A stretch of 64,000 bases of DNA from Octopus vulgaris (taxonomy: Eukaryota): assembly GCA_951406725.2 (NCBI GenBank), contig OX597835.1, positions 33,356,001 to 33,420,000 on the forward strand, in the 5' to 3' direction. The notes beneath the pieces are model-generated. The model made no database searches, was not told the origin of the DNA, and saw only the letters and a list, made by a program, of their open reading frames with translations. Positions 1-13,518 of the stretch are shown one piece after another (position 1 is the stretch's first letter; each line of letters begins with the position of its first letter). The translations under genes and the position numbers were made by a program.

Positions 1-54
1 TTCAATAGTTTTACTACTCTCTTGGTCATCATAGTAGATTCCAGTGATAAATGT

Positions 55-268
55 TCTTTTCTACTCGAAGCAAAAGGGCTGGAATTTTTAGGAAGGGGGC
101 CAGTCGATTAGATCAACCCCAGCACGCAACTGGTACTGAATTTATCGACATCGAAAGGATGAAAAACAAAGTCGACCTCAGCGGAATTTGAACTCAGAAC
201 GTAATGATAGACGAAATACTGCTATGCATTTCGCCCGGCGTGCTAACGTTTCTTCCAGCCTGCTGCCT
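55..268 (-). mobile_element. SINE family A copy (tRNA-like head plus conserved core)
   Basis: Reverse complement of the consensus seen many times in the window (gttagcacgccgggcgaaatgc...gttctgagttcaaattccgc...gtcgacttt...catcctttcg...gataaat..agtaccag). Confidence 0.85.
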
Positions 269-384
269 GTTTTAGACTACAATACTTATATCAGAGTGTT
301 TTTCTCCTACAAGAATTGCTTTTCGCGACGCCTTAGTGAAAAATAGCGTGAGCCCCCTCTAACGCTGAAAATTCTATTTAACTC

Positions 385-530
385 ATAGATTGAACCTTGA
401 CATGTGCTATCGCCGTACTAGGTCAGAAGCGACCTGAGAGTAATGGTAATTAAAGAGTTCTTCGACGCTCTGCACAGCTCCCGAAACTGATGTCTCAGCA
501 CCGAATACAGTTTAATGTCCTACCCAGAAA
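385..530 (-). repeat. Dispersed repeat (family D), diverged; second copy at ~24855-25000 on +
   Basis: Reverse complement (ctgggtaggacattaaactgtattcggtgctgagacatcagtttcgggagc) aligns by eye to ctgagtatgactttaagctgcatccggaggtgggactctggttcgggagg at 24857. Confidence 0.55.
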
Positions 531-540
531 AACGTGTATA

Positions 541-727
541 TATTAGAGATAAAACCACTATTAGGCAAATCAAACAGTGAAAATCATAAACCAATACATA
601 GAAATAAAATTAATTAATAAAAAATATATAAAATATAATATATATATTTTAATATATATCTATTTATACTATAAAATTAGATTTAATCCTAAATCTAATT
701 TTTCCCTGTAAATTTGGATTTACTCCC

Positions 728-735
<8 letters not shown>
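541..735 (+). mobile_element. Short AT-rich (TA)n-associated non-autonomous element (family E)
   Basis: 5' block ttagagataaaaccactattaggcaaatcaaacagtga and 3' block tttttccctgtaaatttggatttactccctaat recur at 30706-30808, 57502-57590 and 58289-58370. Confidence 0.7.
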
Positions 736-766
<31 letters not shown>

Positions 767-1026
767 AAAAAACATTTTGTTGGGGAAACACACGTGGTGG
801 ATATATATAGAGAGAGAAAGAGAAAAGATTTAAAATCACAGAAGATGTGTTTAACAGGATTTAAGAGTATATCAGCGCCATGTTAATAAAGATATGCACT
901 TTTGTACAAAATAAGGTTTTGTTCTTTCAAAATAATTGGAATAAGAACCGGCTCCGCATTACTCATCAAAGTGAGAGTTATAAAAGATAATTATATATAT
1001 ATATACATATAATATATATATATTCA

Positions 1027-1155
1027 CAGGGGTGATTCAAAAGTCGCCATATATAAGAACAATATATGTTTTTATAAGAAACAGTTTTCTTTATTTAACT
1101 GTTGCTTATAAGAAAATAAATTTCGTCTATGTATGGTGACTAGTGAATCACCCTA
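1027..1155. mobile_element. Tc1/mariner-type MITE (~130 bp)
   Basis: Imperfect TIRs caggggtgattcaaaagtcgccata / tatggtgactagtgaatcacccta in TA context. Confidence 0.7.
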
Positions 1156-1159
1156 TACA

Positions 1160-1196
<37 letters not shown>

Positions 1197-1644
1197 TACA
1201 TATATAGACACATGCACACGTACGCACATACACACAACCCCCACACACATATTTATACAAATATGTTTCTGACACTCTAGTACTGAAAAGAGGCAGCAAT
1301 AACCAGACACCAGGGCTTTGCTGTAATATTTTAACCTGAAAAGGACATCTCCTCTAGCTGGCTAACGGTACACAGCTGCATCGTTACACACACAAACACA
1401 CATGTATGTATGCATGCATGTATGTATATGCATGACTATATTCATATGCAAGCGCATTTGTGTTCCGGTGTTGTAAAATGGGGAGATGCAGTACTTTACT
1501 GAGTGAAATAAAAATTGACAAATGGGAGAGAAACCTAACAGTCTTTCATGTGTATCACAAAACTTACTTTAGACATCAAAAGCGTGACTAACAACGCAAT
1601 TCCGTCTCTAGTCAATTAACATTCATCAGAATATATACACGGAT

Positions 1645-1762
<118 letters not shown>

Positions 1763-1814
1763 AACTATAACTTTCCATATTCTACCACTTATTAATTATA
1801 TGAGTGCATATAAT

Positions 1815-1845
<31 letters not shown>

Positions 1846-2217
1846 GGATGTATGTATATATATATATATATGAGTATATATGTATGTACTAGTTTTGGAT
1901 ACACACACACATATATATATATGCAAACACACACATATATATATATATATGTATGTATATATATATATACATATATATATATATGTATATATATATATGT
2001 ATATACACATATATATATATATGTATATATACATATATATATATATGTGTGTGTATATATATATGTGTATATATATATATATAGATATATATATATATAT
2101 TTACATATATATGTATGTATACATATATATATGTATATATATATATATATGTACATATATATGTATATATATATATGTATATGTATATATATACTTACAT
2201 ATATATATATATATATA

Positions 2218-2258
<41 letters not shown>

Positions 2259-2275
2259 GCATGCATATATACACA
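1815..2275. repeat. Compound (TA)n/(TG)n/(CA)n microsatellite; representative of >25 similar tracts in the window
   Basis: Read directly; accounts for the YI/IY-repeat ORFs. Confidence 0.95.
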
Positions 2276-2798
2276 GTAGACGCGAAACAACTGCTATGCA
2301 TGATCAATATGTATAAGTTTAAAATCGTCCAATGGAAAATTCCTCTGAAATTCCAATCATTCCCCGCTCTATCACAACTTCTGGTTCCGTTCTAAAGTGT
2401 TCTGCCAGTGTTTAAGCAGATTTTCGCGAGATTATTTTTATCGCAATTCTATCTTAGTTATAAATATTCATCTATCGACAAAATAATAATCTGCTTTAAT
2501 AAATGCATCAAAATATATCTCTCTTTTGCTTCATAAACAAGTTTACATATAGTTGTTCGCCTGTGTGGGTATGTTTGCCCGCCTGTGTGTGTGTATATTC
2601 CCGCCTGTATGTGTGTATGTGTGTGTGTGCGTGTGTGTTTTTTTTGTGTGTAGTGCCGTATACGGAAGTAATTTGGTGGCCACCACTACAATCTACTCGC
2701 GCATATTTTATAGATCCACATAGTGGTGATGAATGTTATATACTAAGCGTCTCTCTCTCTCACACACAATCTCTGTCTTTCTCTCTCTGTCCCTCTCT

Positions 2799-2830
<32 letters not shown>

Positions 2831-2929
2831 TACACACATACACACACACAAACACACACACAAACAAAAACTTAGTAATTTAAACGCTGTAAGCAATAGT
2901 TTTCCCATCACAGTATTTCATAACACACT

Positions 2930-3310
2930 ATCGTTATCTCGCCGGGCGAAATGCTTAGCAGCATTGCGTTTGCCGTTACGTTCTGAGTTCAAATTCCGCC
3001 GAGGTCGACTTTGCCTTCCATCCCTTCGGGGTCGATAAATTAAGTACCAGCTACGCACTGGGTTCGATGTAATCCACTTAATCCGTTTGTCTGTTCTTGT
3101 TTGTCCTCTCTGTGTTTAGCCCGTTGTAGGTAGTAAAGAAATAGGTATTTCGTCTGTCTTTATGTTCTGAGTTCAAATTCCGCCGAGGTCGACTTCGCCT
3201 TTTATCCTTTCGAGTCGATAAATTAAATACCAGTTGCGTACTAGGGTTTATCTAATCGACTGGCCTCCTCCCCAAAACTTTCAGGCCTTGTGCCTAGCGT
3301 AGAAAAGAAT
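2930..3310 (+). mobile_element. SINE family A, one near-full copy followed by a second partial core with a different tail
   Basis: Core gttctgagttcaaattccgccgaggtcgact at ~2981 and ~3164. Confidence 0.85.
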
Positions 3311-3838
3311 GAAACTAGATGTTTGGCGTCGATGATATAGTAAAAGATATAGAAAACAAAACAGATTGTAGAAATTATGCGATTAGGAGTATGAGCTAAG
3401 GTAAGTAAATTAGATTGACATTCAGATTAAAGGTAGAAGATAGTACGAAACATAAAACTGTCACGTGATAAATGTATAGAAATATAAATAAATGAAAATA
3501 ATTATGAAGCATAATACAAACAATAAAACCGAAATATTCAAAACAAAGTCAGCGCGTATTACCAAGTATATAAAATTATATGAATATAAAGAAATGAAAA
3601 AACAATAAAAAACATGTAAAAAACAGTCATATAAAAATTGGAAATGTACAATATAAGAAGCCACGTACCAAATTTTATAAGTTTAAAATAACTGAATATA
3701 AATATATGAATAAATTGCATTCAATTGCGTAAACAATAGGTAATATTAACGTATTAAAATATACGGTATTGCAAAATATATTAGATCATATAAAATTATA
3801 TCTACAAAAAATAAATTGGAAATTTTGAGGAAGAATAC

Positions 3839-3896
<58 letters not shown>

Positions 3897-3910
3897 GTGG
3901 CACCATCCAA

Positions 3911-3956
<46 letters not shown>

Positions 3957-4957
3957 GGAGTGTATCAAAATATATATGGGTAGAAGGAAAAATAATAAAG
4001 TATATCAAAGCTGATAAAAATATAGAACGTATCGAAGTGCATTGTAAAATTATGTATATTATTGTTAAAAAATAATGTACGCACCGAATAAAGGAAGACC
4101 ATGGTAAAATGACCGAAATTTATCAAAAGTTAGTCCAAAAATTGACAAAGCTAGAGAAACCTAAGAATTACTGGGAAGAAAGGAAGTTCAGATGGCAGCT
4201 ATAAGAAATTGCAAATTAAAGCTTATATTGTATAAAATGTGTTATGTATTTGATCGGCTAATTGAAGTATACTAGTTAGTATAAATGAGAATACGCAGAA
4301 CAATCTGAGGAGAGTGTCATATGCGCAGTCATAGCGCAGAGGTCGTAGGAATTATTAAATAGAGATATCGTGGAGTGTTTATTGAAGATACAGAGTTGGA
4401 GAGAAATAAGAGAACATCAGGAACGTTTAATATTATAACAATTCGACGTTGAGAGGTCGTACATCATATCAGTATGTGTATTTGTATGTATGTTTATTGT
4501 TCTAGTTTTCTTTAAGTTCTTCTTGTGAGAGTTCAAGTCGGTCGCTAACAAAACGACAAGACATTTTGACTTAAGAGAGTTCTCGATATTCGTAAATATG
4601 TAACTGACTCAGTAACTTGGTCGAGCTGTGTATGTATCCACCCAAGTGGATACATACACCAAAGTGGATGCATACACCAAAGTGTATGCATTTATTCACC
4701 TAAAAATCTCAGATGGATAATGTTTAGAATGTCTTACAGATCCTCACTGCATCAATGTTACTTTGCTCTTTCTTCGTAAAACCTAGCATTGCTACATTTT
4801 AGGGCAATTTTCTGGTACATAACCTAAGGCACTTCTGATGATACATACAAATGAAAATTCATAGTCAAGCTACAAAACTCGTAAGTTCCGCATTTATTCA
4901 CCATATTCTCATTTTTCCCGTCATATCTGTTTCAAATGACTGAAACGAGTAAAAGAG

Positions 4958-5146
4958 TATATTTTACTGTGTCTGGGGAGAGTCATTCTCTTTTAGTTCC
5001 TTAGTCACCCACTATTTAAAAGGTTGCAAGTCGCAATGAAAATTTTAGTAAATTATAACAAGTAAACGAACGGGAATCAGACCGGTGAGTGTATTAAATT
5101 AATAAAGTACGAAACGAGAATGACTCTTCCCAGACGCAATAATATA
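4958..5146. mobile_element. MITE-like element with ~33-bp imperfect TIRs
   Basis: tattttactgtgtctggggagagtcattctc ... gagaatgactcttcccagacgcaataata. Confidence 0.6.
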
Positions 5147-6297
5147 TTTCATAGAAAATCTGTAGAGATGACATTTAAAAGTTACATGGTAGCACTGGTA
5201 ACACGGTAACACACAGTATTGACATATAAAGTGTTTAATAAACTTTGTAGTACATTTTGGTTGCGATGTCTCTAGAAGTAACGAATGTGTATAAACGTTC
5301 CCCATCGTCGCCATCATGATACTTCATTTTTCCAAACTGTTTCAGAATCGATTGTGTGGCGGATAAAATTCTTTGTGGAATGTTATCTTGAGCAGATACG
5401 CCTTTCTCTCGTCAGGAGTATTTCAGAATAGGAACTATGTTTTCTTGGATAAGTTTCAAAAGAAAATTTCTGTACCCGGTTGCTCATCCATAACATGTTG
5501 CAGTGACAGTGAGTTTAATCCTTAGGCAGAATTTTATTTTTCTGATTTTGATTCCATTCAACTAAAACTGGTTTTCACCGGAGAAACAACCATTCATACA
5601 AAATTGAAAATTAACAGGAAATATACAAAGAAGAAACAACGAAAAGAGAAAATTAACGCAACTAATTTCACAGCATGAGACATCGCGTTTTAGCAGAACA
5701 AATATTATTTTAATGATTAAAAACGTTCCTTTCAACAATCTGAATGATGCTGTTTAACAACGAGATCAACAACCCACACAGGCAAACTTTGCCAAACCCA
5801 CAAAAGATATTAATTTTAATCATTGAATGTGTCGTTTTGAGCGAAGATAGGATTGTCTGAAGTTTTGTCGCCAGTATTATGGACAACAATGAAACAAGTC
5901 GTATTAATAAACTTGCAGAGAAAATGTTTACTGTGGAAAAGTATATGATTAAGTGAATCAGATTTTATCCAAGAAATACTAAAGTGAGAAATCATAAACA
6001 TCTATATCTTTAAAGAAACAGGTGTTTTTTGTTAACCTCCAAAGAAACAAGAAGAAGTGGATCTAGCTGATGTGTGGAACGATACGGAGTATCTTATGCA
6101 TAGATATTAAGCATCTTATGCATGGTTTTAAAAATGATGGTGTAGTTCATTCCACGATGCATGGGATGACACAGCATGAAGATCATAGCGTCACATTTTA
6201 AATAGCGTAAACAGAAGATATGTACCAACGTGATAAACTCCAGGTAAACGGGAAGAGTATGTATGCTTGGATTAGCGATCCTAAGGACTCCTAAGAA

Positions 6298-6483
6298 CCC
6301 TCGTTTAAGAAACAGATTGGTTTTATTTACATTTCTGAAGAACAAAAAGATACTCTTCCCCCTAATCCTAACCTTAACCCTAAAACAGATTGAAATGCAA
6401 TAGATCGATACTAGGGTCATAATTATGGGTGACAATTTCATATGACACCACGAGAAAAACTGCCGTTCAAACCAAAAAGATCC
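6298..6483 (-). mobile_element. Truncated copy of the GGATCTTTT-TIR MITE (full copy at 18042-18480)
   Basis: Ends aaaaactgccgttcaaaccaaaaagatcc and shares the internal (TTAGGG)-like segment. Confidence 0.85.
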
Positions 6484-7374
6484 ATATAATGTAAAAATAT
6501 AAAACAAAGCTATATAGGCCCATAGCCCTACTTACGACCAGTCGGTCAGAACCAAATATGGTCGTATGTCGACGACGACCTGTACTTTATTCAGTCCGAT
6601 TGACCCCAATACATTTAGTTCTCTCATAAGTTTAACAAAAATTATGTTCACTCATACAAACAGCAGAGGGGATAGAGAGGAGGAGGAGAAGAGAGGGGGA
6701 GATGTGTAGAAACAGAAGGGGTGAAAGAGGAGAAGAATAGAAGGGGAGGGACAGAGAAGGAGAAGGAGAGAAAAGAGGAGGGAAAGAGAATGGTGAGGAA
6801 GAGAATAAGCCAGCGTCAAATCAGTGACGCCAAATAGACGGCGCCAATGCAGTTGCGCCAAAACGTACCAAGACTATGAGTATCTTAGTTTCCAAACTTT
6901 TGTAGCTGCACAAATCTATAAAAATAATTAAGAATGGTGGCTGATTCTCTGATTTTGCAATAGGAGATGTTTTCATTTTGATGTTAATCTTCTTCTAGCC
7001 TCAAGATATGAAGAAGACAGCATTTTATATACCAAGATGTTCCAACAATTTTAGGTAAGTCAAAAGAATTTTTAAATACAGAATTCAATTGGTTTCTCCA
7101 CCAGAAAATTGGATAACGTTGGTAAAATTCAGATGATGCTGTTATTGTTGTTGGTGTTGTTGTTGTTGTTGTTGCTTATGTCATTCAATGAACGGAAATT
7201 GAACGACGAAATACATTTTCTTTATTTTCCACTTTGATAATACGATTTCTATATTCTATGAAATAACCATTTCTCGTGCATAATGGGGACAGCAAAAACC
7301 CCACTGTTTCATTTTAAGTAACTGTGTAATTCGGTGAGCGTACATTCCCAATACATGCAATTAGATTACATACA

Positions 7375-7530
7375 GGCAAAGCCATGGCTGTGTGGTTTAG
7401 GAGCCTGCTTCCCAATCCTAGAATTTTGGGTTTCAGTCCCACTGTGCAGTACCTTATGCAAGTGAATTCTATTATAGCCCGTGGGGCCGAGTCCTGTGAA
7501 TGGATATCGTAAACAGAAAATTAAAAAAAG
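7375..7530 (+). mobile_element. SINE family B head (diverged), running into (TA)n
   Basis: ggctgtgtggtttaggagcctgcttcccaa...ggtttcagtcccactgtgcagtaccttatgcaagtg matches 9380-9540. Confidence 0.75.
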
Positions 7531-7569
7531 ATTTTCATGTATATGAGAGTGCTTGTACATGTATGTATG

Positions 7570-7610
<41 letters not shown>

Positions 7611-7728
7611 TATATTTATATGTATGTTTATATATATGTATGCATATGTAACATATATAAATATGTATGTGTGTATATATATATATATGTGTGTGTGCGT
7701 GTGTGTATATATATATATATATATAACT

Positions 7729-7920
7729 ACATGTGGTCTGTTGGTGATTTCTTCTTCTCCTCCTTCTTCGGGTCTCTCCCTTTCTCCTTTCCGACAAAGA
7801 GTTATGCTCGAAACGTTAAACTCTCTCTTTTCCCCAAGCGTGAAGCTAATATACTTTTGGGGCACATCCTCAGGTTCGGTGTTTTTCTTTCTTCGCTTTC
7901 TTATACGTGTAATCCAATTC
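7729..7920 (+). mobile_element. Penelope-like/retrozyme-type short repeat with decayed minimal hammerhead (7788-7820)
   Basis: ttt-ccgacaaa-gag(ttatg)ctc-gaaac-gtt-aaa followed by the family tail aagcgtgaagctaata; relatives at 8278, 12825, 30506 and 44450. Confidence 0.55.
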
Positions 7921-8043
7921 ATTATATATACATACATACATATACACGCATATATACATATATATCTATACATATATATATACATATATATATATACATA
8001 TATATGCATATACATATATATATATACATACGTCTATATAGAT

Positions 8044-8182
<139 letters not shown>

Positions 8183-8199
8183 TAGTCAAATCGAAAAAT

Positions 8200-8372
8200 G
8201 AACATTAAAAAAATCAATAACAAACAACAAGAAGATATGCACATTTAATGCAGCCGTTTGATGCTTGGTAAATTGAGCTTTTGATATTTCGAGCATAGCT
8301 CTTCGTCGAAAGGTAAAATGAAAAAGAAAATCGTCGGAAAGGAAAAAGGAAAAAATCACCAACAGCATGTCT
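8200..8372 (-). mobile_element. Opposite-orientation relative of the 7729 element with hammerhead-like motif (8278-8313)
   Basis: Minus strand reads cctt-tcgacga-a-gagc(tat)gctc-gaaat-atc-aaaag; upstream acatg..tgttggtgattt is shared with 7729. Confidence 0.55.
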
Positions 8373-8724
8373 GTGAACAGCAGTGGAAAGCGATAGGGAA
8401 GGTGGTTTACACAGATTGAGGCACAGAGAGAGAGAAAGAGAGAGAGATGTTAGATATAGATTTAATCAAATCTATAATATATATTTCTACTCATCCTGCG
8501 TCTATACCTCACAGGTGAGATGTTGTAAAATCTACTGCATTTGCATCACAGAAGCAGATTGCCTCTCCTCGGGTGATTTAAAAAAAATAAGTTCCTCGTT
8601 CTATCTTCTCTCCATTTCTCCTACGTCCACGTACACCAAAGAATTCCTGCAGCAAGTCCGGTAGCGTAATGCTCCACCGTTGATGTCGACAGCAGGTAGC
8701 CGATGACTGTAGCCGAGCATGTGC

Positions 8725-8995
8725 CGGCACATGGCCTAGTGGTTAGAGCAGCGGACTCGCGGGTTCGAATCTGAGACCGGCGATGTGTGTGTTTATGAGC
8801 GAAAAAACCTAAGCTCCACGCGGCTCCGGCCGAAGGTAATGGTGAACTTCTGTTGACTCTTTCGCCACAACTTTCTCTCGCTCTTTCCTCCGCATCTTGT
8901 AGCTTACCTGGGATGTCCCGGCATCCCGTCCAGTTGGGGAACCTATACGCCAAGAAAACTGGGAACCCGGCCCTTATGAGCCAGGCGTAGAGGAG
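8725..8995 (+). mobile_element. SINE family C (tRNA-derived head; tail resembling the V-SINE domain)
   Basis: atggcctagtggttagagcagcggactcgc..gttcgaatc (A/B-box-like); tail cctgggatgtcccggcatcccgtccag..gggaacc shared with 51560 and 58420. Confidence 0.8.
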
Positions 8996-9080
8996 CATTA
9001 CACAGCATACTACAAGGTTTATATCCGTATATAATTAGTATTTTAACTATTTATATGTCTGTGTATGTGTGTGTGCGCAC

Positions 9081-9121
<41 letters not shown>

Positions 9122-9149
9122 AGTTTGTGTGTGTGTGTTTGCGTGTGAG

Positions 9150-9360
9150 CTTGCGTCGTGTTAGTCCTTCTCCAACACTTGACAAGCAGTGTGAATTTTT
9201 TTACGTCTGTATGACTTAGCGGCTCACCAAAAGAAACCGACAGAATAAATACCAGACTTAATAAACAAACGCTAGATTCGATTTCTTCGATTAACCCCGT
9301 GAAGGCCGTGCTACAGCATGGCCGCGTTTCAATGAATGAAACAGATAAAACGTAAAAGAT
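9150..9360 (+). mobile_element. SINE family B tail (diverged)
   Basis: cttgacaagc...ttagcggctcaccaaaagaaaccgacagaataa...cagcatggccgc. Confidence 0.7.
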
Positions 9361-9379
9361 ATATATAAAATATATTCAG

Positions 9380-9790
9380 CGCAGGAGTTGCTGTGTGGTA
9401 GGTAGCTGTTTACCAACCTCATGGTTCCGGGTTCAGTCCCACTGCGTGGCACCTTGGGCAAGTGTCTTCTACTATAGCCTCGGGACGACCAAAGCCTTGT
9501 GATTGAATTTGGTAGACGGAAACTGAAAGAAGCCTGTCGTATATATGTATATATATGTATATGTATGTGTGTGTTTGTGTGTCTGTGTTTGTCCCCCTAG
9601 CATTGCTTGACAACCGATGCTGGTGTGTTTACGCCCCCGTTACTTAGCGGTTCGGCAAAAGAGACCGATAGAATAAGTACTGGGCTTACAAAGAATAAGT
9701 CCCGGGGTCGATTTGCTCGACTAAAGGTGGTGCTCCAGCATGGCCGCAGTCAAATGACTGAAACAAGTAAAAGAGTAAAAGAGTAAAGAG
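9380..9790 (+). mobile_element. SINE family B, complete copy: tRNA-like head, internal (TA)n(TG)n, tail ending (TAAAAGAG)n
   Basis: Head gctgtgtggtagg...ggttcagtcccactgcgtggcaccttgggcaagtg; tail ttagcggttcggcaaaagagaccgatagaataagtac...gaaacaagtaaaagagtaaaagag. Confidence 0.9.
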
Positions 9791-10135
9791 TATGTAGAAA
9801 TTTCGTTCCGTCACCAAACCAAATTTTCCTTTTCATCCTGCGTTTTTGTATATTGAAGAATAGGAAACAATTTGTTTCCGCGTAGACAATGAGACCAAAA
9901 GTAACGGTTAAATTACCATGGGGAGCAAAGTTTCCAAAGTTTTGCAGAGAAGCTTTGCCTGAGATGACAGGTTATTTTTTCCAAATAATACAAACCATGA
10001 TGAAGCAGATCACTACAAGTCCGGTAGGATTCTGTTTTTTATCTTTAACCATACACACACGCACACACATAAACACGCAAGCACGCATATATATATATAT
10101 ATATATATATGTATTTATATATATATACATGTATT

Positions 10136-10182
<47 letters not shown>

Positions 10183-10254
10183 CTATATATGCATATTGAT
10201 ATATATATATATATATATATATATGCAAATACATGTATATATATATGCATATTG

Positions 10255-10290
<36 letters not shown>

Positions 10291-10321
10291 GTATATACAT
10301 GTATTTATATATATATACATG

Positions 10322-10414
<93 letters not shown>

Positions 10415-10769
10415 TAATATATATATATATGTATGCATACACGTATGATAGATATATATCTCTCATATCATCTTTGTGACTCTCCTTATATATTCATATA
10501 TAGACTCATATATATGTATACACAAATATATATAAATACAAAGACACAAAGACATGCACACACACACACACACACACACACGCTCATATGTATACACCTT
10601 TATGCTTATATACATACATATGTGCGTGTATGTGTCTGTATAACCATATTCAAAAGTGTAATATATACATAGTCATATGCTGTGTGTGCGTGTGTGTCTG
10701 TGTATCTTTGTATCGTATGTGTGTGTGTGTGGGCGCGCGCGTGTGTGTGTGTCTTTGTATTGTTGTGTC

Positions 10770-10950
10770 ACGCACAGAGAGGAGACCAATGTCTGGTTTG
10801 TTTACGTCCAGAAAATGAAGCAGGTCCACGAAGGAGCCGATAAAATACGTACCAGACATGCAAATATATTTTAGGAACGATTTATTTCTGTAAAACACTT
10901 CAAAGCGGTGCTCCAGCATGACCTCAGTCCACTGACTTGAATGAAAATAT
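10770..10950 (+). mobile_element. SINE family B tail (diverged)
   Basis: aaagcggtgctccagcatgacctcagtc. Confidence 0.6.
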
Positions 10951-11219
10951 AAAAAAATATATTTGTAATTATAAATATAATTAATTAACTTCACACTAAA
11001 ATCTCTCTTATTTCTCTTATTGAACCCCCGTCAACACGCCACCCTGAGCTTCTTTAATCGACAAAAAGCTGACCCTTTCACATCTCATGTCTTCCTCTCC
11101 CACTCATTCCTTCCTTAAAGAACACCAACTGCCTACAAATCATTTCCCTTCACTATTCCTACTTTCTCATACCCCTTCCTTTTCTTGGATTCCTTTTTTG
11201 TTCCCGTCCCAGCATTCAC

Positions 11220-12895
11220 AATTTCCTTTTTCCTTCTAACGCAACGGCATTGATCGGACCCAGCCATGGCGTTACCTTCCCTAAATATGCTTCTAACAAC
11301 TTCATATCTGTGTCCCAATGCTTCCTCTGTAATTCGATCTATTGCGATCAAAGGGCCAATATGGAGTCGGCAGGTTCGCGTGGCACTTCAGTGACAACCA
11401 ACTGAGCAATGAGTCGCATGTCTCTCGATAATTTCGTCCCGTAGACCATTCCAACCAACACCTCTTGTCCCTCGGCTTGGGCTCCGTCTATCATGCAGCA
11501 TCGGAGATTACTGGAGAACATTTTCTCTCCGCCGACGTATGCTATTTGGTCTAAATTCACCCCTTCATTTTGTAACCTGTTCCAGAATTCTCTTTAGTTT
11601 TCCTTTTCACTTTTTCTACATTCTCCATTACATGCGATTCCCGCCCTCCCTCAATACACATCACATAACCCTCACCATTCTCACATTTAAACACTCCAAC
11701 AACAGCTTAATACAGTTTCTATAAATCACACAAAAACCCTCCTCTGACTATCCTCGTTCACACATTCCCCTATACCTCTACACTTCATGTACGCAAACAC
11801 ACAATCTACTGCTATCTTAGTTCATAAGCCCCACTCTTCATTTATATACGAGCATACACATATACGCATACACCCATACACTGTTACTCTGACGAACACG
11901 TGTCGACATACGCTTGAACTCACTCACACATTCATTTTTCGAAATTTTGCCATTGCTGTTTTTGGTAGGGTTTTGAGTCACTCCTTTATTTCCACTTATC
12001 AATTCTACTTGATTTTTACGGATTCTTTAGCTTTCCAACATCCCTTCAATCAAGCACCTACTTCCATCGCTTCCTTTTCTTATGAACTCGCCTCTCAAAA
12101 TGAACAACTTATATCCTCACCACCCTTTTCTTTTCATACCAAGCGCGTCACATCCGACATTTTGCTCGTCACAGTTATTTCTTCTCGGTGAGTTTCACCA
12201 GCATCTTCATTCCAAATATCTTTTCTACTTCATAGATTTTAATAGGTTTCTACAAACCTCTCAACACTCTATCAAAGTTTCTGGTTACTTTACGATTGTT
12301 GAATAATCTCAACCAATTTCTTTGGCTTTTATTCTCGCTAAAGAATTCCTGCACTTTTCTCTCTTTTTCAAATTTTAGTTTGAACTCTCTTCATTTTAAG
12401 CGTTCTCCCACTATTGCTTATTTGTGTAATACTTGCCTTATACACTTACTTGTGTTATACGCTTGCATACACATCAATAATACTTTCCTCATAACTCTTG
12501 TCTTTCCATTCGCTTCGCTTCGACAATATGATAATTCACATGCTTTCACACCTCGAAGCCATTATACACGCATGCTTAAACCACAAGGCCAGTACACTTC
12601 ATCAGTTGTATGCTTCTGAATGCACACACCATGTTTAACACCACGACCACCACCGACCACATATTTCCCTGTTTTCTGATTCTCATGCCCATCTATACAA
12701 AAGCTCTTTAATTCTCTCTAAACTTCCCCAAAGAACAGCACTTCAACCAGTTTTCTGACCCTTCAAATGTATTTTCTTTTTTTCTGTCCATTAACCATTC
12801 AAATCCCTCCGTCGTTCTCTCTTTCTTCCGATGACGGACTGACGCCTGTGAACTTGAAACACTTTCTCTTTCCATTAAAGTGTTAAGCTAATACT
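11220..12895 (+). pseudogene. Decayed Penelope-like element: GIY-YIG endonuclease C-terminal remnant plus long 3' region ending in a decayed hammerhead-like motif
   Basis: Broken translation SNN.I..SQC ... SR*FRPVDHSNQHL.S.GL ... GLNSPLHF* (11290-11575) resembles PLE GIY-YIG C-termini; ttccgatgacgg...gaaacac plus family tail gtgttaagctaatac at 12825-12895. Confidence 0.5.
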
Positions 12896-13114
12896 TTATT
12901 TTCAAACTTTAGTCTTCCTGCGTTGTTATTTCTGTTGTTCATTGTATTTATTCCCATCACATAAACACACACACACGCTTGCGCACATACAAAATAAGAT
13001 ACGTGTGTCTGGCTCTTTGGGTAGAATAGATAATAATTATCCGTTAAATGGAAACTATCTGCATAAAACATTACTAAAAAGTTACCGCAAGTACACATAG
13101 TGTATGCCAATCTA

Positions 13115-13330
13115 AGGCAGCGAACGCTCAGAATCGTTAGCACACCAGACAAAATGCTTAGCGCGATTTCGTCCGTCTTTAAGTTCTGAGTTCAAATTTC
13201 GCCAAGGTCGACTTTATTTTCATCCTTTCGGAGTCGATAAAATAAAGCACCAGTTGAGCATTCGGGTTGACGTATTCGACTTAAATCCTCCCCCGAAATT
13301 ACTGGATTTGTGCCAAAATTTGAAGCAGAT
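13115..13330 (+). mobile_element. SINE family A copy
   Basis: cagaatcgttagcacaccagacaaaatgcttagc...gtcgactttattttcatcctttcggagtcgataaa. Confidence 0.85.
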
Positions 13331-13518
13331 ATTACATAAGATCTAAAACAATAGGAACCGTTTTGTAATCGACTTAATCCCCTTCCCCAAGTTGCCCTTG
13401 TAGCAAAAATTTGAAAGCATTATCATTATGTGTGTATGTATGGATTGATGGATGTTTGTGTGTTCGTTGTTTTCCTGCTTTTTAGCAATTTTTCTTCTTC
13501 CTCTTCTTTCTTCTTCGG

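Noticed and set aside
850-975. Minus-strand TTGATGA-gta...tac
   Set aside because: No GAAA at the expected place and U3 is not compensated at position 8
4320-4470. Minus-strand traces resembling a PLE endonuclease C-terminus (also 16200-16450 on +)
   Set aside because: Too degenerate to distinguish from AT-rich background by eye
4834-4860. CTGATGA...GAAA (similar cases at 5410, 12598 and 34732)
   Set aside because: No stem II or stem I complementarity around the core words
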